Origin: Catajapyx aquilonaris
Lineage: Eukaryota
Direction: 5' to 3'
DNA length: 62,428 nt
Assembly: GCA_000934665.2 (NCBI GenBank)
Contig: JYFJ02000197.1
Coordinates: 186,001-248,428, forward strand
This document shows positions 52,549 to 62,428 of this stretch, piece after piece (the stretch's first letter is position 1; each line of letters begins with the position of its first letter). The notes below the pieces were generated by a model. The model was not told the origin of the DNA, did no database searches, and saw nothing but the letters and a program-made list of their open reading frames with translations. A program made the position numbers and the translations under genes.

Positions 52549-55500
52549 AGATACTCAGAGGACTTCAAGCATACATATACACACATCCTCCCCATCTGTA
52601 CAGTACACATAAAAAATGTTTTCTTTTTTTGTAATTTTGATACCAGCTTTCGATGGAGCTATGATACGTACTCGGTGTTATATACATTGTTGGACATTTT
52701 TTATGCGTCAAATTCTTCGATGTGTCCTTCCCCAAGTCATTTCAGTCCATCTATTTGGTCAAGACTGACTGTGTTGTTAATTCGTTGTTCCTAATTTCGT
52801 CAGATTTTTTTTTAAACTCCTATTTCGCCAACTGTGTGTTCCCGTCATGTGGTGCAAAGATGTGAGTGCGGATTCGAAAAGATGATGGAATCGCAAGAAA
52901 TGTTTAACATAACTAATTGAACGAACGCATCTTCTGGAATCAGCAAAAAAAACGTTTGCAAACGTTTTTCGTGTGGGAAAATATGTGCCATATTTCGTAG
53001 CTTCTCTAACTGTATAATAATAATACATTAAGTTATTACAGACATATCCGTTATGCAATCACTTTACACAAATGCATATCAAATCTGAAAAATTTTGTTA
53101 CATAATTATATGATCAGTGAATCGTTTTCAGTTGATCAGCAAATCATTGTTATTGTCTGTTTGCCAACGGTCGATATACGTAAAATTGGTGATAGAGTAA
53201 TAATTCTACGTAACTTACAGCCCATGAGAGTTGACTTAAGGTCTCGTTACATTGAGTGGAAGTAACCAACTTTCTCTGCATAATAAGCGTGAAAGACGTG
53301 CAGATGGTCCCATGTGCATTAATTACCCTCATTTACGTAATTAGCTGATGTATTCCACGAATCTTGGTTGCATGGTACGTTTCCTCTTTAAAATGTATCT
53401 ACCTGCTCATTAACGCCACTCAAATTTTTTTGCCCAAATATTCACATTTTGCTCGGTTTCTGTCCACGACTGTACGGGTTATCAGAAAAACGAATCAGCC
53501 CCAAGCGAAATAACCATTTCCGACTACCAGCCAAGCCGTGTTAGTAAAGCACGTAATTATCGGTCTTACGTTCCTGAGGTGTTGCGCTAGAAAACATAAT
53601 GCGCCCTTTATCGATTATTGAAATTCACTTACCAACTTTACCCAATTCCTACACATTTTTGCTCTTACCTGCCCAAATATTTTTTCACCAAAAAAAAATT
53701 ATTGATCTAATTAAGAATCTGGCCAAACATTCACGAACCAAACCGGAAAAATTGGGGAGGAAAAATATTATACATAACGGAGGTGGTCCTTTGATAACGA
53801 AATAGCCCGCCCCTCTTCCTTTCTGAATCATAAATTCCCTTCACTTCCAAAAGCACGCGATCAACAGAGCAGATTGAGCTACCTCCCACCCCCACCTCCC
53901 TGCTCCTCCCCCCTTAAATCAATATCGGCATGTGCGCTCCCATACCCACTCACTCAACCCAACATGACATATTTGGTCTCGGCAACAATCGTAAACAAAA
54001 TAAAATATACATGAGTACCAGTATGGGGGGTGGCGAGAGGTGGGGTGGGTGGGTGGGTGGAAAGATACGGATTTGCGATTCGCGTTAATTGCGGCACCTA
54101 TAAAATGGCTGGCCAGACCCCTTTTTACGATGCGACACGTTTATGACCACGCGAGTCACTGAAAATGGTGGCCCATGTGAAGATTTCCATCGTTGTTCCC
54201 AGCTGGTGGTATCGATTAGTTGATATCCAATTGTTGTGTAGAAACACGATTCCTCACCTGGTTGGTCCGGTGGCTTACCATTGCAAAATGGGGCAGTTCT
54301 TTGGCAGATGACCCACCAAATGTTACAGTCGTTGTCCCCAATTCGACCCTCCCTTTTGCCCTATACGGTGCTGATTAAACCCAGTCTGTCCCCTCCTAGT
54401 CTTCCAAAAGGGTGGACAGTTGAATGCACTCGGTATGGTCCGCACGCCCCACTACATCTCAATACCCCCCATGGCTATCCTGGAAACAAAGGGTTTGGTC
54501 GGATTGTCAACCCTGTGCGACAGGGGGACAGGGGGCGGTGGAAGGGGGAGTCAAAAGGCCATTCATTCCAGTTTTCCAAGAGAGGGGGGGGCGGGGGGCG
54601 GAGAGAGAGATGGAAGAAGGGGTTGAATTGTTGTCAAAGTGTAACAAGCATGGGAAAAGTGGGTCCCAAAATAATTATTTTTGCCTGGGTGTTTGAGTCC
54701 GTTGATCCTCAGGATCTGGGCTAAATTGAGCAAAATGTGATTTCAACAAGCTTTTCGTTGCCTAATGACTATTGACACTCCAAAATTGAGCATAAGAGTT
54801 AGCACACAGCACCTAAATTTTTCGTACAATTTTGTGTCTGGGTAACAGTTATTCGAAAGTAAATTGCGCAACATGTTCCCCCCTTCTTTTCACCCCGTTT
54901 TTAACGTGCTCCACTCGAGGGAATGAGAAACCCAGCCGGACTCTCCAAGTCCCACTCATCCTGTGACACATGACAAGCAGATGCTGTAGAACCAGTAGGT
55001 GGTAAATTGCAAACCTGAAACTCTCAGTAGAAAAAAAAAGATACAGACCTGTGTCCACAGTGCGTAAAGTAGGGGGAAGGGGACATACTTTTTATGTGTA
55101 TCCAACAGCCTCTCCGATTCGCATCTCGTTTCGGAGACAATTATCCAGTTGATTCAGTGGAAGAGGGGCTGATGTAATCTGGTAGGGGTCGAAAATGCAT
55201 ATAAAGAGTGGAAATCGATAGGGATGAAGAGGATGGGGGCAAGCTTTCAAACTGAGAATTTTTTTAAAAAAAGTAGTGTTCGCAACTTTTCATGATTAAG
55301 CTGTAGGTGTGTATCTGGTGGCTAATGATGTTGTGCTAAAAAGTATGGAGGCTAGCGCACATGGGATTTGATGTTGACATTTTGAGGACGAATCGATGCG
55401 GGTGTGTATATCCCCAGTCGTTAATTTCACCATGTGAATATTCGTGTAGTTTAAATATTGGTCTGTGGGCTGGTGGTCTGATTAAGGGTCATGGACTAAT

Positions 55501-58500
55501 TATCTGCCATTTTTTACTACCATAATTTTGTGTAGTAAGTTGGATACTTCCACCATGGGCTAAAGTGCTAGTCATCTTTTTTTAAATTATTGTTTTACCA
55601 GCTGCATCTAATTTATTTGCATCTGTCATTATATAAATTTGTTGCGTATAAATAATACCTGTTCATTTCCAGGCGTATAAAATAAGATGTATACGATGCG
55701 GTCTGTGTAAAAGTGAATAGTTCTAAAAATATATATCTAAAACATTTTAAAGCTTATTCTGTTCATTTTGACAGGGTATTTTCCAATCTATTGTACTTAA
55801 TGCTCGTGTTAACATATCATACTGTATTTCGCATAAAAATTTGTCATCCTTTGTAGACCATATTTCTTACAACAAACAGGGTAGTCTGGAAATGTTCTTT
55901 ATGTGAATAATCTCTGTTGTACATAAACGCCGAAAATAAGTCACTGCATTAAAAGTGTTCTTTATATCTAAAACATTAATTTCAATCCTTGCATTAATGT
56001 AGGTGTCACAAATGCATGAAACCTCGTCCCAGCATTGTTGTTGTCTAGAAGTCAGTTTCCTCTCTGCAGGCCTATTCTTTCCTCCCACATTTCGGGAGCG
56101 AACTGGAGTGCATCACGCCAGGCCACTGTTTGTTTGCCTGGATGGCAGTTTGACAAGACATTCACCGTCCTTCCTTCCTTTCAGGTTCTAGTGGCTAAAG
56201 CAAAACAAGGGAGCTTCTTCCATTAGCAGACCAAATTGTGTTTCATTGTCACACTTTTCCGAGTTCTTATTGCTGATATTTTATGGGAAAAACTGAATAT
56301 CATACTTCAATAACTGTTAACGACTTCTTCGGTAACAGTAAGCGACATTGGATTAAATTTTCAAAGCATATATTTGTCATTTTAGAATTATCTAGTAACA
56401 AAGAAAACGCTCTGGGGTGTTGTTAAGATTGCAATGGCAATGTAACAGAATGTACTGTGCCCATGAGGGCAATGATGATTTTTCTCAGCTAACTAACATG
56501 CCCTTCATAGATTTAAAAAAAATCAATTTGTTAATGACCAAAATAACCAGCCACATAAATAAGTGGAACATCTGGATATTTTCTGAGCAGCTAGCTCATT
56601 CCGCGGTTGCCTCAAGTCATTCTCTTCCTCTCTTCTTGGCCTTTGCTTTTCCTCAATACCGTTCATTCTGAATGAAGATCTGCAGATTACAAAGGCAGCT
56701 GTTTACATTCTGAGGCTCAATAAATATTAACAGGTAGACATTTAAGCCAACATCCGTGATAATGTTTCAAGATAGAACAACAATAAATACAGTTAGAAAA
56801 TCCTCACCTTGTAAATTAATATCTGGAGCTGTTTAACTGTTTCAGTTCAATCTGTAAATATATCCAAGCAGAGTATAAGCTTGAGGCATGAAACTGCTGT
56901 ACTGGAGGATTATTTTATGTCGCATTGCAGTGACCCGTGGGCCACGTGAAGACTTATCGTGCGAACCAGTATGCTGTAATGAATGCTGGTATTTTTAGAA
57001 GAAGGTGATTTTCCGCATACTTTACCTGCTGCAAGAACTGAGACTCTGATTTTCTGCTGCAGTGCTCGTAATGAGCTACCCGCTACCATGTCAAGTGCCT
57101 TTCTTTATTAAGCTGCTTCCACTTCCTGTCTACTAATGCTTAACATAAGGCAAAGGCATGAAATATGAAGCTACACTAATTTTGTGATAATGAATTGTAA
57201 TTAAAACCAAAAGGGTGAGTGTTTCTTTCTTGCAGTCGTCATTGTCATCCGATCCGAGGTGACCAGAAACCAGTCGAACCATTTGGCCTTTCTTAGCAGG
57301 CATGTGTTGACCTCTCCACTAAAAGGAAGCCCCGTGGAGTTGGTTCGTATTTCGTTTCCACGTTTTGCATCGCTCCTTCACCATACCAGAATGACAGGCA
57401 GAGAGGCTGGTGCCAGTATAGTCTGAGTAGAACAAAGGTTTTTTTTTTCTTCTTTTCGGCGAAATGCAGACGGTATATTGTGATTATCTTTGCAACTAAC
57501 TCGAGAAGATGTGAATAAGGACACGCGTGAACATTTCGCCTACATCGCGTTACATTTGAAACGTGTTGATGAAAATAGTGTTAGAAGAGTTGTGTGTATA
57601 CGATTTCAGTCATATCAAGGGCCTGAATATACAATCAGAGTCTACTGATGCAGACTTGAAGTCACCACGATTCCAAATGTTTACTGAACAGAGCTGGCAC
57701 ACCCTTGTAGGGCACTCCATCTGCATCTTATTTTATCGGTGTGATTCCGGTGTGATCTGACACAGGGTAATGGCAACATACACTGGTGCCACTTGGTTTT
57801 AAGGATGAATACGGTTTGTCCCTTGATTTCTACGATGTGGACTAGATGACATCTTTGAATTTTTGACAATCTCTTTTGGTAGCACTAGAACGGAAGAATG
57901 TCACAATGCCGGAAAATTTATAATGGTCACCGCCCAGTAGCATTCATCTTCCTATCAGCATTCGGCTAAATGACAAGATTTGAGGCCTGCATAAGATTAA
58001 TACATGACATATGATTGTGAATTACTATCATTCAAGAATATGGTTATCACCGGAAACCAAATTATTTCCAGGAATAATGCCAAAATACTGTGTAGAGCAA
58101 AAGACGTGCGGAAGCTGTACATTTCCGGCACGTAATTTAAATAAACCTCCAAACAAATTTTCATATTGTCAGCCTGGAAGTAGTTAATTAGACTAATGGA
58201 TACGTTTGAATTTATACATTCCTCTCATTCTCAAAATGTTTGTGGCTTTCAGAAGCCCTCTCTAAAAAAATGGGCTGTTTTGACCTGCTGTTGACAAACC
58301 TGTTATCAACGGGAAATGTTGATTTAAATTTTCCGCTTCTGTCTCTTAAGTTTAGTTAAGATAATACGGTTCAAATCCGCTCTGATAGAATCTTCAGCCT
58401 TTGTCTTGGTTCAAATGTGCGCGGCGGATAATGATGTCACCTTTCCATCTGGCAACCCGTGCACCATACCACCTGGCCACCCTGCTCTACATTTGATGAT

Positions 58501-59398
58501 TTGAAACATCTCCAACATGGCTGCGGACACGGGGTAACGAGAGGAATGGTAGGTGAACTTGTGATATAGGCAGCAGTTCATGTATTCATACCAGCACCAC
58601 TTGCAGGGAAGGAGAAACCAGTATGGCAGCTTGAAGTTCAGCACATGTTAGGGACCGAAGACCATTGTTGTCTCCATCTACACTTTCAAGTTGGTCTTCA
58701 GGTTACATCAAACTCTAGTAATTGGATACCTTGAATGTATTCTTGTGTAAGTTTACCTGGATATTGATGTCATAGATGGGAGACAACTAGTAGTAATGAA
58801 ATAAGCAGTATTACAGCTTTGCCCCATAGTTAGAACATCACTAGTGTGCAGCAGCACATCTAGGAATCATCAATATTGCCACGAATGTATTTTGTGTCCA
58901 ATGGCTTCACCTTTGTCTTTCCATGTCATCAGAAGAGTGTGTTCCTTTAAGTCACACTGAAGTGTTTCATTGGACATAACATTTTTGAAAAAAAGGGATG
59001 TAAGAAACCTGAGAGTGTACAAGTTACACTCCACTTTGTTGCACATTGGAATTGCAACATTTTAGGTGGGAAGCCCCTTTTCAATGCCTTTTCAACAATG
59101 AATTTTTTTCCCCCGTGGGACAGCAAATGCAAGTGGGAACTACAAAAATATGAACACCTCTAAAGTAATGACACCCCTGTAACCTAAGGCCATCTGAATA
59201 TCCCCATAGGTCCATCAGTGGGACCAGATTCTGCTGGGGTCAGGCCATAATTTAGTCACAGTCAGTCAGGTACACCAGAGAGGATAGTTTGCCCATTCAA
59301 CTAGCACCTGGCACCCCACAGGAACACACCTGCCATGATAGCCTCACAACTCCCATCTTCCTAGGTTACCCTGTCTCCTTCTGGGCTGGTGGTGTGTG

Positions 59399-59480
59399 CA
59401 AGGCCGGATTATCCACGGTCCCACGGAGCAATGGAGCACTTGCTCCAGGGTCCTAGCTACGTCCAAGGGGGCCCTCGCTC
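59399..59480 (+). mobile_element. Possible left end of a hAT-type MITE
   Basis: CAAGGCCGGATT...CCAGGGTCC...GGGGGCCC resembles CAGGGCCGGATT-type hAT termini. No matching right end was found. Confidence 0.3.
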
Positions 59481-59672
59481 ATGAAGAAAATGGCAACACA
59501 TGCAACAGAGCCAGGTGCTTATTGGGAAAAATCGAAATCCTGAATACCGATTTTATGACTACCTTGTGGTTTACAGTGCTGTAATGCACATATTGATATT
59601 GTTATTGTAAAGTCATGCGTCACTGTTGATGTTAAAGTGTATTGATTATTCTGGTTGAGTATGGTAACGTGG

Positions 59673-60815
59673 TGTAACCAGGGGTCTTTCGTTGTTTGTT
59701 TTACTTTCCTTGGTTATCGTTGCTCAGACCCCTGTGTTGCCCCACGGTACTGTAAACGAACCGAGGTGTAAATAAAGCTATCGGTGCCTCGGTAAGGGCA
59801 GTCAGTGACTAGCAGTCCAGGAGGAAGGTTCTCTGAAAAGGGAGCTCTCCCCTGCGACTAGTGGGCTCACTGATCCACTTGCCACTCCGTAGTGAAAAAT
59901 AACATTCTTGTGTTTTATTTCATACAGAGTACGGCATAAATAGTAAACTGACCAGGGGTCATAGTTGGGTAGGCGCCACCCAAGTATACTCCCGGCAGGA
60001 GGAACGGATACCTGGGCCAGCAGGCTCGCGCCGCCTGGGTCATCCAATCCGACTATTTATTCCGCTTAGGCAATCCCATACAACCTCCGTTAATAATACT
60101 TACAAGCATCATACTTGGGCCAGCAGGCCGCGCCGCCTGAGTATACGTAAGTAAGGTAAAGGGAATGATGTCTGGGCCAGCAGGCTAGCGCCGCCCGGGT
60201 TATCGGACCCAATTATTTCGGAAGTGCTTCCTCCTCACGATTTAAGAATCGCCGGGAGCCGCCCGGACCAGGGCGGAGTAGGTGCCTATCAGTCAACACC
60301 TTGTGTACCTACTCCTGTTACCTTTGTGATCGCCGGAATGTAGAACCTGACGTCACAGTGCTGGAAATATTCGACGCGACAATTGCAGGACAAAACCTGG
60401 ACAAAACTCTCAATGTGTATGTTGCAGTCAATCTCGTCAAGTTGATGTCTACCCGACTGTATCTGTGTGATCGTTTTGACACATTTGAGCAGCAAGCACT
60501 TGTTGGCATTGACCCTTCATGGCCCCTGGTGTTGCCTCTATTGGTCACTGCCAGCCCATGGACACTTCTATCCCAGCGCAATAGAAAAGGCCGATCCGTT
60601 ATTCCTTCCCGCAGCGGCGCTAGTAAAACAATGGAATCTCGCTGTGCGTGTCGTTCATTCGCCATAACAACTATAGCGACGATAGCGACCCTCCTCCCGA
60701 TTACTAGGTTTATCAGCGACCCCCCTCCCGATTACTACCGATCACGGTCTTAGCCGCTACCGATAGCGTATACCAAGATGGCCGCAATATGGAGATGTTC
60801 ACGATCCAGGTCACA
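59673..60815. mobile_element. Solo-LTR-like element (1143 bp)
   Basis: TG...CA ends form imperfect inverted termini (TGTAACCAGG vs reverse complement TGTGACCTGG, 8/10). Flanks acgtgg/tcatgg match 4/6, a possible decayed TSD. AATAAA occurs on both strands (59771 +, 59914-59919 -). Internal tandem duplications are present (23-bp unit at 60684-60706 and 60715-60737). No coding capacity or PBS seen. Confidence 0.5.
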
Positions 60816-61672
60816 TCATGGCCACCTCCAGTCAGCGCCACGGCGGGAATGAGTAACGGAACGCAAAATGGCGGCGAGTTTCCCGACCTCTCCTTCTAAG
60901 ACCGTGGTCACTGCACTGCTGAGTCTGACTGCTTGACTGGACTGGACTGTCTGCCTGCCCTGTACTCTCCTTTTATCCCCAGGTATGCAAGGCAGAACAG
61001 GACCCTGCTGTTCCAGAAAGTTGTCACTGGGAATGGTTCCTTCCTGCCTCCATAGTCTTTTCAGCTCTACGTTGCTCTTGGTTTCTCCTACTTTTATCCT
61101 TTGAGCTGTACAATACAGCTCCATGCTCTTAGAACTCCAGTGATTCATGAAAGTGTCCCAAATTCATGGACGATTTAGGCACCATATGTGTCTTACGGTT
61201 ATCAAATTTTGGCACTATCCTTCGGAATTTTTTTCGCTAAGCACTACGAGGGTACACTTGGGTACAGTACTAATATTCAATATGGCGAATGACATAAGCT
61301 ATGTTCAATGAATTAATAATTAATGTATTTAGTGATTTAGTTGTGAATTCATTGCCAATCACTTGGTGAAACAGCAACTTCCAGTGAAAGGAAAAAATGC
61401 AAGCTGGTAACATTAAGAATTAATTTATCAGAATTTTTAAAATCATTGCAAGCAGAGCAGTCCAATGTGGGAAAAGGGTGCACCTGGATGACAATGTTCA
61501 ATGATTCCATATATGTCGCCTGAAATTCATTGCAACTATACAGGGACCTAAAAATGTTTTCCTTTCCACCCAATTTTTGGAGTTAATAATTACCAGTATC
61601 ACTGCCATAAAACCTGCCCAATTTGTGGCTTGACAAGCATGGCATCACTCCGTGCATGACATTACTGGTACA

Positions 61673-62400
61673 CAGTGTTGGGCAGGATCTAGATCAAATG
61701 ATCTAGATCCCAAACGCGTGATCTATGATCTGATCTAGGTACTTTTAAAACAGAGTATCTGTACTTGTATCTAGATACTTTTTTCATGGGATCTATGATC
61801 TAAAGATCTGAATTTTCCAGATCATGTCTTTTTTTCCACATATATGTTCCTGATGCTCAATTCATCTTCAAAAGATTATGTCAAGTCTAGGTAAAAAAGG
61901 GGACCGAAGATGGCAAGTCAATGTATTATGTCAAAATTTGAAAGTTTATATTATTTTTTAAATCACTGAATGTATTTAAAAAAAGAACTGTGTAGGCCTG
62001 GCCTATTAATAGGATAAGTTTGTGTTTTTCAATTATACAAGTTCTCGATGTAATTCATACTTGTCAAAATATAGACTAATTTATTACTAATATGTATGGG
62101 ACATGCTGGGAATTTTATGATTTATTGACTAGGCCTGTATGTTTTAACTATTTTTGTGTGTGTGAAATTATTCTGTGTACTTATTATAATATTTTCAATT
62201 GCAAGGTCATTATTTTTGACACATTCATCAATGGATCTTTTCTCAGTGTTTTCTCTTGCACTTTAGCAATATGCCCCTGGGGCGGGTGGCAGACAATATT
62301 CAAATTCCCTGTATCCCTCTTCACTTGAACTAAACTGCTAATTGACGTAAATCACTTTAGGTTGTGTGATCTGAAATCTGATCTAGATCATTACCTAGAT
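61673..62400 (+). mobile_element. hAT-like non-autonomous element with GATCT/GTATCT subterminal repeats; right end interrupted
   Basis: Starts CAGTGTTGGGCAGGATCTAGATC. Dense GATCT(A/G) and GTATCT repeats at 61685-61825 and again at 62368-62400 surround an AT-rich core. Confidence 0.6.
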
Positions 62401-62428
62401 CAGTGCCGTATCCAGGGGGGGGGGGGGG
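62401..62428 (+). mobile_element. Left terminus of a second hAT-like MITE nested in the previous element, truncated by the window edge
   Basis: CAGTGCCGTATCCAGGGGGGG resembles the common CAGTGGCGTAGCCAGGGGG-type terminus. It is preceded by ACCTAGAT, similar to the NTCTAGAN target preference of some hAT elements. Confidence 0.5.

Noticed and set aside
60013..60045. Superficial resemblance of GGCCAGC...CTCGCGCCGCCTGGG to the HDV ribozyme
   Set aside because: The nested double pseudoknot could not be formed. A simple bulged hairpin explains all copies.
59961..60210. Spaced direct repeats as a CRISPR-like array
   Set aside because: The context is eukaryotic, spacing is irregular, repeats are degenerate and there are no cas genes.

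Overview
This is animal genomic DNA, most likely from an arthropod, and about 95% of it is non-coding. It holds two protein genes facing away from each other. On the minus strand is the first coding exon of a BTB/POZ-domain gene (21859-22184); its remaining exons are not visible in the window. On the plus strand is a complete single-exon Frizzled-2 (Fz5/8 class) CDS (50226-51968). Between them lie an intact tRNA-Ala(AGC) gene, microsatellites and transposon debris. The most striking observation is at the fz2 stop codon. It is a leaky-type UGA-C, followed by 49 open in-frame codons that fold into a long, regularly bulged stem-loop (51970-52096). This is a candidate structure-stimulated readthrough switch that would replace the C-terminal PDZ ligand SHV with a tail ending in YGQF. 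Also notable are a roughly 420-bp fold-back just upstream of the BTB coding exon and a 1.1-kb solo-LTR-like element carrying four covarying RNA hairpins. All base pairings were derived by eye and all family assignments come from recognition, without database searches.
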